64,000 nucleotides of DNA from the human T2T-CHM13v2.0 reference genome, Homo sapiens, in NCBI RefSeq assembly GCF_009914755.1, contig NC_060942.1. One strand, given 5' to 3'. Positions 1-12,100 of this stretch are shown here, one piece after another. A model generated the notes under the pieces. That model saw nothing but the letters and a program-made list of their open reading frames with translations, was not told where the DNA came from and made no database searches. A program made the position numbers and the translations under genes. How positions within the stretch are numbered: the first letter of the stretch is position 1; each line of letters begins with the position of its first letter.

Positions 1-105
1 GATGTGTGTCCTCAACTAAAGGAGTAGAACCTTTCTTTTCATAGAGAAGTTTTGAAACGCTCTTTTTGTGGAATCTGCAAGTGGATATTTGGCTAGTTTG
101 GAGGA

Positions 106-122
106 TTTCGTTGGAAGCGGGA
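106..122 (+). promoter_or_regulatory. CENP-B box, monomer 1 (intact; recurs in most HOR units)
   Basis: TTTCGTTGGAAGCGGGA matches nTTCGnnnnAnnCGGGn. Confidence 0.95.
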
Positions 123-443
123 ATTCATACAAGATGCAGACTGCAGCGTTCTGAGAAACATCTTTGTGATGTTTGTATTCAGGACACAGAGTTGAACATT
201 CCCTATCATAGAGCAGGTTTGAATCACTCCTTTTGTAGTATCTGGAAGTGGACATTTGGAGCGCTTTCAGGCCTATGTTGGAAAAGGAAATATCTTCCCA
301 TAACAACTAGACAGAAGCATTCCCAGAAACTTATTTGAGATGTGTGTACTTAACTAAGAGAATTGAACCACCGTTTTGAAGGAGCAGTTTGGAAACACTC
401 TTTTTCTGGAATCTGCAAGTGGATATTTGGCTAGCTTTGGGGA

Positions 444-460
444 TTTCGCTGGAAGCGGGA
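444..460 (+). promoter_or_regulatory. CENP-B box, monomer 3 (essential bases intact)
   Basis: TTTCGCTGGAAGCGGGA matches the 9 essential bases. Confidence 0.9.
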
Positions 461-609
461 ATACATATAAAAAGCACACAGCAGCGTTCTGAGAAACTGC
501 TTTCTGATGTTTGCATTCAAGTCAAAAGTTGAACACTCCCTTTCATAGAGCAGTCTTGAAACACCCCTTTTGTAGTATCTGGAACTGGAAATTTGGAGCG
601 CTTTCAGGG

Positions 610-626
610 CTAAGGTGAAAAAGGAA
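610..626 (+). promoter_or_regulatory. pJalpha/A-box motif in monomer 4 (A-type monomer)
   Basis: CTAAGGTGAAAAAGGAA is one mismatch from CTAYGGTGRAAAAGGAA and sits at the position occupied by the CENP-B box in odd monomers. Confidence 0.7.
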
Positions 627-780
627 ATATCTTCCCATAAAAACTGGACAGAAGCATTCTCAGAAACTTGTTTATGCTGTATCTACTCAACTAACAAAGT
701 TGAACCTTTCTTTTGATAGAGCAGTTTTGAAATGCTCTTTTTGTGGAATCTGCAAGTGGATATTTGGCTAGTTTTGAGGA

Positions 781-797
781 TTTCGTTGGAAGCGGGA
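781..797 (+). promoter_or_regulatory. CENP-B box, monomer 5 (intact)
   Basis: TTTCGTTGGAAGCGGGA matches the consensus. Confidence 0.95.
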
Positions 798-1118
798 ATT
801 CATACAAATTGCAGACTGCAGCGTTCTGAGAAACATCTTTGTGATGTTTGTATTCAGGACACAGAGTTGAACATTCCCTATCATAGAGCAGGTTGGGATC
901 ACTCCTTTTGTAGTATCTGGAAGTGGACATTTGGAGCGCTTTCAGGCCTATGTTGAAAAAGGAAAAATCTTCCCATAACAACTAGACAGAAGCATTCTCA
1001 GAAACTTGTTGGTGATGTGTTTCCTCTACTGACAGAGTTGAACCTTTCTTTTCATAGAGCAGTTTCGAAACACTCTTTTTGTAGAATCTGCAAGAGGATA
1101 TTTGCATAGCTCTGAGGA

Positions 1119-1135
1119 TTTCGTGGGAAACGGGA
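1119..1135 (+). promoter_or_regulatory. CENP-B box, monomer 7 (essential bases intact)
   Basis: TTTCGTGGGAAACGGGA matches the 9 essential bases. Confidence 0.9.
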
Positions 1136-1460
1136 TTGTCTTCAGGTAAAACCTAGACAGAAGCATTCTCAGAAACTTCTTCGGGATGTTTGCATTCAAG
1201 TCACAGAGTAGAACATTCCCTTTGGTAGAGCAGGTTTGAAACACTCTTTTTGTAGTATCTGGAAGTGGACATTTGTTGCGCTTTCAGGCCTATGTTGGAA
1301 ACGGAAATATCTTCCCGTAACAACTAGGCAGAAGCATTCTCAGAAACTTATTTGAGATGTGTGTACTCAACTAAGAGAATTGAACCACCGTTTTGAAGGA
1401 GCAGTTTGGAAACACTCTTTTTCTGGAATCTGCAAGAGGATATTTGCCTAGCTTTGAGGA

Positions 1461-1477
1461 TTTCGTTGGAAAAGGGA
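1461..1477 (+). promoter_or_regulatory. Degenerate CENP-B box, monomer 9 (CGGG>AGGG in the majority 2034-bp haplotype)
   Basis: TTTCGTTGGAAAAGGGA lacks the essential C. The same site is intact in 2035-bp units, e.g. 5529-5545. Confidence 0.88.
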
Positions 1478-1801
1478 TTGTCTTCAGATCAAATCTAGAC
1501 AGAAGCATTCTCAGAAACTTCTTTGGGATGTTTGCATTCAAGTCACAGAGTAGAACATTCCTTTGGTAGAGCAGGTTTGAAACACTCTTTTTTTAGTATA
1601 TGGAAGTGGACATTTGGAGCGCTTTCAGGCCTACGTTGGAAAAGGAAATATCTTCCCATAACAACTAGACGGAAGCATTCTCAGAAACTAGTTTCTGATG
1701 TGTGTCCTCAACTAACACAGTTGAACATTTCTTTAGACAGAACAGTTTTGAAACACTCTTTTTGTGGAATCTGCAAGTGGATATTTGGCTAGATTTGAGG
1801 A

Positions 1802-1818
1802 TTTCGTTGGAAACGGGA
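1802..1818 (+). promoter_or_regulatory. CENP-B box, monomer 11 (intact)
   Basis: TTTCGTTGGAAACGGGA is the canonical box. Confidence 0.95.
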
Positions 1819-4068
1819 TTACATATAAAAAGCAGACAGCAGCATTCTCAGAAACTTCTTTGTGATGATTGCATTCAAGTCACAGAATTGAACATTCCCT
1901 TTCACAGAGCAGGTTTGAAACACTCTTTTTGTAGTGTGTGTAAGTGGACATTTGGAGCGCTTTCCGGCCTAAGGTGAACAAGGAAATATCTTCCCATAAA
2001 AACTAGACAGAAGCATTCTCAGAAACTTACTCGTGATGTGTGTCCTCAACTAAAGGAGTAGAACCTTTCTTTTCATAGAGAAGTTTTGAAACGCTCTTTT
2101 TGTGGAATCTGCAAGTGGATATTTGGCTAGTTTGGAGGATTTCGTTGGAAGCGGGAATTCATACAAGATGCAGACTGCAGCGTTCTGAGAAACATCTTTG
2201 TGATGTTTGTATTCAGGACACAGAGTTGAACATTCCCTATCATAGAGCAGGTTTGAATCACTCCTTTTGTAGTATCTGGAAGTGGACATTTGGAGCGCTT
2301 TCAGGCCTATGTTGGAAAAGGAAATATCTTCCCATAACAACTAGACAGAAGCATTCCCAGAAACTTATTTGAGATGTGTGTACTCAACTAAGAGAATTGA
2401 ACCACCGTTTTGAAGGAGCAGTTTGGAAACACTCTTTTTCTGGAATCTGCAAGTGGATATTTGGCTAGCTTTGGGGATTTCGCTGGAAGCGGGAATACAT
2501 ATAAAAAGCACACAGCAGCGTTCTGAGAAACTGCTTTCTGATGTTTGCATTCAAGTCAAAAGTTGAACACTCCCTTTCATAGAGCAGTCTTGAAACACCC
2601 CTTTTGTAGTATCTGGAACTGGAAATTTGGAGCGCCTTCAGGGCTAAGGTGAAAAAGGAAATATCTTCCCATAAAAACTGGACAGAAGCATTCTCAGAAA
2701 CTTGTTTATGCTGTATCTACTCAACTAACAAAGTTGAACCTTTCTTTTGATAGAGCAGTTTTGAAATGCTCTTTTTGTGGAATCTGCAAGTGGATATTTG
2801 GCTAGTTTTGAGGATTTCGTTGGAAGCGGGAATTCATACAAATTGCAGACTGCAGCGTTCTGAGAAACATCTTTGTGATGTTTGTATTCAGGACACAGAG
2901 TTGAACATTCCCTATCATAGAGCAGGTTGGGATCACTCCTTTTGTAGTATCTGGAAGTGGACATTTGGAGCGCTTTCAGGCCTATGTTGAAAAAGGAAAA
3001 ATCTTCCCATAACAACTAGACAGAAGCATTCTCAGAAACTTGTTGGTGATGTGTTTCCTCTACTGACAGAGTTGAACCTTTCTTTTCATAGAGCAGTTTC
3101 GAAACACTCTTTTTGTAGAATCTGCAAGAGGATATTTGCATAGCTCTGAGGATTTCGTGGGAAACGGGATTGTCTTCAGGTAAAATCTAGATAGAAGCAT
3201 TCTCAGAAACTTCTTCGGGATGTTTGCATTCAAGTCACAGAGTAGAACATTCCCTTCGGTAGAGCAGGTTTGAAACACTCTTTTTGTAGTATCTGGAAGT
3301 GGACATTTGTTGCGCTTTCAGGCCTATGTTGGAAAGGGAAATATCTTCCCGTAACAACTAGGCAGAAGCATTCTCAGAAACTTATTTGAGATGTGTGTAC
3401 TCAACTAAGAGAATTGAACCACCGTTTTGAAGGAGCAGTTTGGAAACACTCTTTTTCTGGAATCTGCAAGAGGATATTTGCCTAGCTTTGAGGATTTCGT
3501 TGGAAAAGGGATTGTCTTCAGATCAAATCTAGACAGAAGCATTCTCAGAAACTTCTTTGGGATGTTTGCATTCAAGTCACAGAGTAGAACATTCCTTTGG
3601 TAGAGCAGGTTTGAAACACTCTTTTTTTAGTATATGGAAGTGGACATTTGGAGCGCTTTCAGGCCTACGTTGGAAAAGGAAATATCTTCCCATAACAACT
3701 AGACAGAAGCATTCTCAGAAACTAGTTTCTGATGTGTGTCCTCAACTAACACAGTTGAACATTTCTTTAGACAGAACAGTTTTGAAACACTCTTTTTGTG
3801 GAATCTGCAAGTGGATATTTGGCTAGATTTGAGGATTTCGTTGGAAACGGGATTACATATAAAAAGCAGACAGCAGCATTCTCAGAAACTTCTTTGTGAT
3901 GATTGCATTCAAGTCACAGAATTGAACATTCCCTTTCACAGAGCAGGTTTGAAACACTCTTTTTGTAGTGTGTGTAAGTGGACATTTGGAGCGCTTTCCG
4001 GCCTAAGGTGAACAAGGAAATATCTTCCCATAAAAACTAGACAGAAGCATTCTCAGAAACTTACTCGT

Positions 4069-6103
4069 GATGTGTGTCCTCAACTAAAGGAGTAGAACCT
4101 TTCTTTTCATAGAGAAGTTTTGAAACGCTCTTTTTGTGGAATCTGCAAGTGGATATTTGGCTAGTTTGGAGGATTTCGTTGGAAGCGGGAATTCATACAA
4201 GATGCAGACTGCAGCGTTCTGAGAAACATCTTTGTGATGTTTGTATTCAGGACACAGAGTTGAACATTCCCTATCATAGAACAGGTTTGAATCACTCCTT
4301 TTGTAGTATCTGGAAGTGGACATTTGGAGCGCTTTCAGGCCTATGTTGGAAAAGGAAATATCTTCCCATAACAACTAGACAGAAGCATTCCCAGAAACTT
4401 ATTGGAGATGTGTGTACTCAACTATGAGAATTGAACCACCGTTTTGAAGGAGCAGTTTGAAAACACTCTTTTTCTGGAATCTGCAAGTGGATATTTGGCT
4501 AGCTTTGGGGATTTCGCTGTAAGCGGGAATACATATAAAAAGCACACAGCAGCGTTCTGAGAAACTGCTTTCTGATGTTTGCATTCAAGTCAAAAGTTGA
4601 ACACTCCCTTTCATAGAGCAGTCTTGAAACACCCCTTTTGTAGTATCTGGAACTGGACATTTGGAGCGCCTTCAGGGCTAAGGTGAAAAAGGAAATATCT
4701 TCCCATAAAAACTGGACAGAAGCATTCTCAGAAACTTGTTTATGCTGTATCTACTCAACTAACAAAGTTGAACCTTTCTTTTGATAGAGCAGTTTTGAAA
4801 TGCTCTTTTTGTGGAATCTGCAAGTGGATATTTGGCTAGTTTTGAGGATTTCGTTGGAAGCGGGAATTCATACAAATTGCAGACTGCAGCGTTCTGAGAA
4901 ACATCTTTGTGATGTTTGTATTCAGGACAGAGAGTTGAACATTCCCTATCATAGAGCAGGTTGGAATCACTCCTTTTGTAGTATCTGGAAGTGGACATTT
5001 GGAGCGCTTTCAGGCCTATGTTGAAAAAGGAAATATCTTCCCATAACAACTAGACACAAGCATTCTCAGAAACTTGTTTGTGATGTGTGCCCTCTACTGA
5101 CAGAGTTGAACCTTTCTTTTCATAGAGCATTTTTGAAACACTCTTTTTGTAGAATCTGCAAGAGGATATTTGCATAGCTTTGAGGATTTCGTGGGAAACG
5201 GGATTGTCTTCAGGTAAAATCTAGACAGAAGCATTCTCAGAAACTTCTTTGGGATGTTTGCATTCAAGTCACAGAGTAGAACATTCCCTTTGGTAGAGCA
5301 GGTTTGAAACACTCTTTTTGTAGTATCTGGAAGTGGACATTTGGAGCGCTTTCAGGCCTATGTTGGAAAGGGAAATATCTTCCCGTAACAACTAGGCAGA
5401 AGCATTCTCAGAAACTTATTTGAGATGTGTGTACTCAACTAAGAGAATTGAACCACCGTTTTGAAGGAGCAGTTTTGAAACACTCTTTTTCTGGAATCTG
5501 CAAGAGGATATTTGCCTAGCCTTGAGGATTTCGTTGGAAACGGGATTGTCTTCAGATCAAATCTAGACAGAAGCATTCTCAGAAACTTCTTTGGGATGTT
5601 TGCATTCAAGTCACAGAGTAGAACATTCCCTTTGGTAGAGCAGGTTTGAAACACTCTTTTTTTAGTATATGGAAGTGGACATTTGGAGCGCTTTCAGGCC
5701 TACGTTGGAAAAGGAAATATCTTCCCATAACAACTAGACAGAAGCATTCTCAGAAACTAGTTTCTGATGTGTGTCCTCAACTAACACAGTTGAACATTTC
5801 TTTAGACAGAACAGTTTTGAAACACTCTTTTTGTGGAATCTGCAAGTGGCTATTTGGCTAGATTTGAGGATTTCGTTGGAAACGGGATTACATATAAAAA
5901 GCAGACAGCAGCATTCTCAGAAAGTTCTTTGTGATGATTGCATTCAAGTCACAGAATTGAACATTCCCTTTCACAGAGCAGGTTTGAAACACTCTTTTTG
6001 TAGTGTGTGTAAGTGGACATTTGGAGCGCTTTCCGGCCTAAGGTGAACAAGGAAATATCTTCCCATAAAAACTAGACAGAAGCATTCTCAGAAACTTACT
6101 CGT
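4069..6103 (+). repeat. 2035-bp 12-mer haplotype B (also 8138-10172, 14241-16275, 18652-20686)
   Basis: Extra C in m10 (CATTCCCTTTGG vs CATTCCTTTGG) plus linked variants GACACAAG, TTTGTGATGTGTGCC, GCCTAGCCTTG, CGCTGTAAGC and an intact m9 CENP-B box. Confidence 0.9.
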
Positions 6104-9100
6104 GATGTGTGTCCTCAACTAAAGGAGTAGAACCTTTCTTTTCATAGAGAAGTTTTGAAACGCTCTTTTTGTGGAATCTGCAAGTGGATATTTGGCTAGT
6201 TTGGAGGATTTCGTTGGAAGCGGGAATTCATACAAGATGCAGACTGCAGCGTTCTGAGAAACATCTTTGTGATGTTTGTATTCAGGACACAGAGTTGAAC
6301 ATTCCCTATCATAGAGCAGGTTTGAATCACTCCTTTTGTAGTATCTGGAAGTGGACATTTGGAGCGCTTTCAGGCCTATGTTGGAAAAGGAAATATCTTC
6401 CCATAACAACTAGACAGAAGCATTCCCAAAAACTTATTTGAGATGTGTGTACTCAACTATGAGAATTGAACCACCGTTTTGAAGGAGCAGTTTGGAAACA
6501 CTCTTTTTCTGGAATCTGCAAGTGGATATTTGGCTAGCTTTGGGGATTTCGCTGGAAGCGGGAATACATATAAAAAGCACACAGCAGCGTTCTGAGAAAC
6601 TGCTTTCTGATGTTTGCATTCAAGTCAAAAGTTGAACACTCCCTTTCATAGAGCAGTCTTGAAACACCCCTTTTGTAGTATCTGGAACTGGACATTTGGA
6701 GCGCCTTCAGGGCTAAGGTGAAAAAGGAAATATCTTCCCATAAAAACTGGACAGAAGCATTCTCAGAAACTTGTTTATGCTGTATCTACTCAACTAACAA
6801 AGTTGAACCTTTCTTTTGATAGAGCAGTTTTGAAATGCTCTTTTTGTGGAATCTGCAAGTGGATATTTGGCTAGTTTTGAGGATTTCGTTGGAAGCGGGA
6901 ATTCATACAAATTGCAGACTGCAGCGTTCTGAGAAACATCTTTGTGATGTTTGTATTCAGGACAGAGAGTTGAACATTCCCTATCATAGAGCAGGTTGGG
7001 ATCACTCCTTTTGTAGTATCTGGAAGTGGACATTTGGAGCGCTTTCAGGCCTATGTTGAAAAAGGAAAAATCTTCCCATAACAACTAGACAGAAGCATTC
7101 TCAGAAACTTGTTGGTGATGTGTTTCCTCTACTGACAGAGTTGAACCTTTCTTTTCATAGAGCAGTTTCGAAACACTCTTTTTGTAGAATCTGCAAGAGG
7201 ATATTTGCATAGCTCTGAGGATTTCGTGGGAAACGGGATTGTCTTCAGGTAAAATCTAGACAGAAGCATTCTCAGAAACTTCTTCGGGATGTTTGCATTC
7301 AAGTCACAGAGTAGAACATTCCCTTCGGTAGAGCAGGTTTGAAACACTCTTTTTGTCGTATCTGGAAGTGGACATTTGTTGCGCTTTCAGGCCTATGTTG
7401 GAAAGGGAAATATCTTCCCGTAACAACTAGGCAGAAGCATTCTCAGAAACTTATTTGAGATGTGTGTACTCAACTAAGAGAATTGAACCACCGTTTTGAA
7501 GGAGCAGTTTGGAAACACTCTTTTTCTGGAATCTGCAAGAGGATATTTGCCTAGCTTTGAGGATTTCGTTGGAAAAGGGATTGTCTTCAGATCAAATCTA
7601 GACAGAAGCATTCTCAGAAACTTCTTTGGGATGTTTGCATTCAAGTCACAGAGTAGAACATTCCTTTGGTAGAGCAGGTTTGAAACACTCTTTTTTTAGT
7701 ATATGGAAGTGGACATTTGGAGCGCTTTCAGGCCTACGTTGGAAAAGGAAATATCTTCCCATAACAACTAGACAGAAGCATTCTCAGAAACTAGTTTCTG
7801 ATGTGTGTCCTCAACTAACACAGTTGAACATTTCTTTAGACAGAACAGTTTTGAAACACTCTTTTTGTGGAATCTGCAAGTGGATATTTGGCTAGATTTG
7901 AGGATTTCGTTGGAAACGGGATTACATATAAAAAGCAGACAGCAGCATTCTCAGAAACTTCTTTGTGATGATTGCATTCAAGTCACAGAATTGAACATTC
8001 CCTTTCACAGAGCAGGTTTGAAACACTCTTTTTGTAGTGTGTGTAAGTGGACATTTGGAGCGCTTTCCGGCCTAAGGTGAACAAGGAAATATCTTCCCAT
8101 AAAAACTAGACAGAAGCATTCTCAGAAACTTACTCGTGATGTGTGTCCTCAACTAAAGGAGTAGAACCTTTCTTTTCATAGAGAAGTTTTGAAACGCTCT
8201 TTTTGTGGAATCTGCAAGTGGATATTTGGCTAGTTTGGAGGATTTCGTTGGAAGCGGGAATTCATACAAGATGCAGACTGCAGCGTTCTGAGAAACATCT
8301 TTGTGATGTTTGTATTCAGGACACAGAGTTGAACATTCCCTATCATAGAGCAGGTTTGAATCACTCCTTTTGTAGTATCTGGAAGTGGACATTTGGAGCG
8401 CTTTCAGGCCTATGTTGGAAAAGGAAATATCTTACCATAACAACTAGACAGAAGCATTCCCAGAAACTTATTTGAGATGTGTGTACTCAACTAAGAGAAT
8501 TGAACCACCGTTTTGAAGGAGCAGTTTGAAAACACTCTTTTTCTGGAATCTGCAAGTGGATATTTGGCTAGCTTTGGGGATTTCGCTGTAAGCGGGAATA
8601 CATATAAAAAGCACACAGAAGCGTTCTGAGAAACTGCTTTCTGATGTTTGCATTCAAGTCAAAACTTGAACACTCCCTTTCATAGAGCAGTCTTGAAACA
8701 CCCCTTTTGTAGTATCTGGAACTGGAAATTTGGAGCGCTTTCAGGGCTAAGGTGAAAAAGGAAATATCTTCCCATAAAAACTGGACAGAAGCATTCTCAG
8801 AAACTTGTTTATGCTGTATCTACTCAACTAACAAAGTTAAACCTTTCTTTTGATAGAGCAGTTTTGAAATGCTCTTTTTGTGGAATCTGCAAGTGGATAT
8901 TTGGCTAGTTTTGAGGATTTCGTTGGAAGCGGGAATTCATACAAATTGCAGACTGCAGCGTTCTGAGAAACATCTTTGTGATGTTTGTATTCAGGACACA
9001 GAGTTGAACATTCCCTATCATAGAGCAGGTTGGGATCACTCCTTTTGTAGTATCTGGAAGTGGACATTTGGAGCGCTTTCAGGCCTATGTTGAAAAAGGA

Positions 9101-12100
9101 AATATCTTCCCATAACAACTAGACACAAGCATTCTCAGAAACTTGTTTGTGATGTGTGCCCTCTACTGACAGAGTTGAACCTTTCTTTTCATAGAGCAGT
9201 TTTGAAACACTCTTTTTGTAGAATCTGCAAGAGGATATTTGCATAGCTTTGAGGATTTCGTGGGAAACGGGATTGTCTTCAGGTAAAATCTAGACAGAAG
9301 CATTCTCAGAAACTTCTTTGGGATGTTTGCATTCAAGTCACAGAGTAGAACATTCCCTTTGGTAGAGCAGGTTTGAAACACTCTTTTTGTAGTATCTGGA
9401 AGTGGACATTTGGAGCGCTTTCAGGCCTATGTTGGAAAGGGAAATATCTTCCCGTAACAACTAGGCAGAAGCATTCTCAGAAACTTATTTGAGATGTGTG
9501 TACTCAACTAAGAGAATTGAACCACCGTTTTGAAGGAGCAGTTTTGAAACACTCTTTTTCTGGAATCTGCAAGAGGATATTTGCCTAGCCTTGAGGATTT
9601 CGTTGGAAACGGGATTGACTTCAGATCAAATCTAGACAGAAGCATTCTCAGAAACTTCTTTGGGATGTTTGCATTCAAGTCACAGAGTACAACATTCCCT
9701 TTGGTAGAGCAGGTTTGAAACACTCTTTTTTTAGTATATGGAAGTGGACATTTGGAGCGCTTTCAGGCCTACGTTGGAAAAGGAAATATCTTCCCATAAC
9801 AACTAGACAGAAGCATTCTCAGAAACTAGTTTCTGATGTGTGTCCTCAACTAACACAGTTGAACATTTCTTTAGACAGAACAGTTTTGAAACACTCTTTT
9901 TGTGGAATCTGCAAGTGGATATTTGGCTAGATTTGAGGATTTCGTTGGAAACGGGATTACATATAAAAAGCAGACAGCAGCATTCTCAGAAACTTCTTTG
10001 TGATGATTGCATTCAAGTCACAGAATTGAACATTCCCTTTCACAGAGCAGGTTTGAAACACTCTTTTTGTAGTGTGTGTAAGTGGACATTTGGAGCGCTT
10101 TCCGGCCTAAGGTGAACAAGGAAATATCTTCCCATAAAAACTAGACAGAAGCATTCTCAGAAACTTACTCGTGATGTGTGTCCTCAACTAAAGGAGTAGA
10201 ACCTTTCTTTTCATAGAGAAGTTTTGAAACGCTCTTTTTGTGGAATCTGCAAGTGGATATTTGGCTAGTTTGGAGGATTTCGTTGGAAGCGGGAATTCAT
10301 ACAAGATGCAGACTGCAGCGTTCTGAGAAACATCTTTGTGATGTTTGTATTCAGGACACAGAGTTGAACATTCCCTATCATAGAGCAGGTTTGAATCACT
10401 CCTTTTGTAGTATCTGGAAGTGGACATTTGGAGCGCTTTCAGGCCTATGTTGGAAAAGGAAATATCTTCCCATAACAACTAGACAGAAGCATTCCCAAAA
10501 ACTTATTTGAGATGTGTGTACTCAACTATGAGAATTGAACCACCGTTTTGAAGGAGCAGTTTGGAAACACTCTTTTTCTGGAATCTGCAAGTGGATATTT
10601 GGCTAGCTTTGGGGATTTCGCTGTAAGCGGGAATACATATAAAAAGCACACAGCAGCGTTCTGAGAAACTGCTTTCTGATGTTTGCATTCAAGTCAAAAG
10701 TTGAACACTCCCTTTCATAGAGCAGTCTTGAAACACCCCTTTTGTAGTATCTGGAACTGGACATTTGGAGCGCCTTCAGGGCTAAGGTGAAAAAGGAAAT
10801 ATCTTCCCATAAAAACTGGACAGAAGCATTCTCAGAAACTTGTTTATGCTGTATCTACTCAACTAACAAAGTTGAACCTTTCTTTTGATAGAGCAGTTTT
10901 GAAATGCTCTTTTTGCGGAATCTGCAAGTGGATATTTGGCTAGTTTTGAGGATTTCGTTGGAAGCGGGAATTCATACAAATTGCAGACTGCAGCGTTCTG
11001 AGAAACATCTTTGTGATGTTTGTATTCAGGACACAGAGTTGAACATTCCCTATCATAGAGCAGGTTGGGATCACTCCTTTTGTAGTATCTGGAAGTGGAC
11101 ATTTGGAGCGCTTTCAGGCCTATGTTGAAAAAGGAAAAATCTTCCCATAACAACTAGACAGAAGCATTCTCAGAAACTTGTTGGTGATGTGTTTCCTCTA
11201 CTGACAGAGTTGAACCTTTCTTTTCATAGAGCAGTTTCGAAACACTCTTTTTGTAGAATCTGCAAGAGGATATTTGCATAGCTCTGAGGATTTCGTGGGA
11301 AACGGGATTGTCTTCAGGTAAAATCTAGACAGAAGCATTCTTAGAAACTTCTTCGGGATGTTTGCATTCAAGTCACAGAGTAGAACATTCCCTTCGGTAG
11401 AGCAGGTTTGAAACACTCTTTTTGTCGTATCTGGAAGTGGACATTTGTTGCGCTTTCAGGCCTATGTTGGAAAGGGAAATATCTTCCCGTAACAACTAGG
11501 CAGAAGCATTCTCAGAAACTTATTTGAGATGTGTGTACTCAACTAAGAGAATTGAACCACCGTTTTGAAGGAGCAGTTTGGAAACACTCTTTTTCTGGAA
11601 TCTGCAAGAGGATATTTGCCTAGCTTTGAGGATTTCGTTGGAAAAGGGATTGTCTTCAGATCAAATCTAGACAGAAGCATTCTCAGAAACTTCTTTGGGA
11701 TGTTTGCATTCAAGTCACAGAGTAGAACATTCCTTTGGTAGAGCAGGTTTGAAACACTCTTTTTTTAGTATATGGAAGTGGACATTTGGAGCGCTTTCAG
11801 GCCTACGTTGGAAAAGGAAATATCTTCCCATAACAACTAGACAGAAGCATTCTCAGAAACTAGTTTCTGATGTGTGTCCTCAACTAACACAGTTGAACAT
11901 TTCTTTAGACAGAACAGTTTTGAAACACTCTTTTTGTGGAATCTGCAAGTGGCTATTTGGCTAGATTTGAGGATTTCGTTGGAAACGGGATTACATATAA
12001 AAAGCAGACAGCAGCATTCTCAGAAACTTCTTTGTGATGATTGCATTCAAGTCACAGAATTGAACATTCCCTTTCACAGAGCAGGTTTGAAACACTCTTT

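Larger units (their letters stand above)
1..2034 (+). repeat. Reference 12-mer HOR unit 1; monomers (own numbering m1-m12) start at 1, 168, 339, 506, 676, 843, 1014, 1185, 1356, 1527, 1697, 1864
   Basis: The sequence at position 1 (GATGTGTGTCCTCAACTAAAGGAGTAG) recurs at 2035. Monomer lengths 167,171,167,170,167,171,171,171,171,170,167,171 sum to 2034. Later unit starts: 2035, 4069, 6104, 8138, 10173, 12207, 14241, 16276, 18652, 20687, 22721, 24755, 26789, 28823, 30857, 32216, 34250, 36284, 38318, 39677, 41711, 43745, 45779, 47813, 49847, 51540, 53574, 55608, 57642, 59335, 61028, 63063. Confidence 0.96.

Noticed and set aside
463-473. TATA-like ACATATAAAAA in m3 and m11 as a promoter
   Set aside because: It is an ordinary AT-rich part of the monomer, and sequence alone cannot support promoter function.
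4512-4528. Variant m3 box TTTCGCTGTAAGCGGGA (and TTTCGCTTGAAGCGGGA at 25198) as inactivated CENP-B boxes
   Set aside because: The changes fall at non-essential positions of nTTCGnnnnAnnCGGGn, so they were counted as intact.
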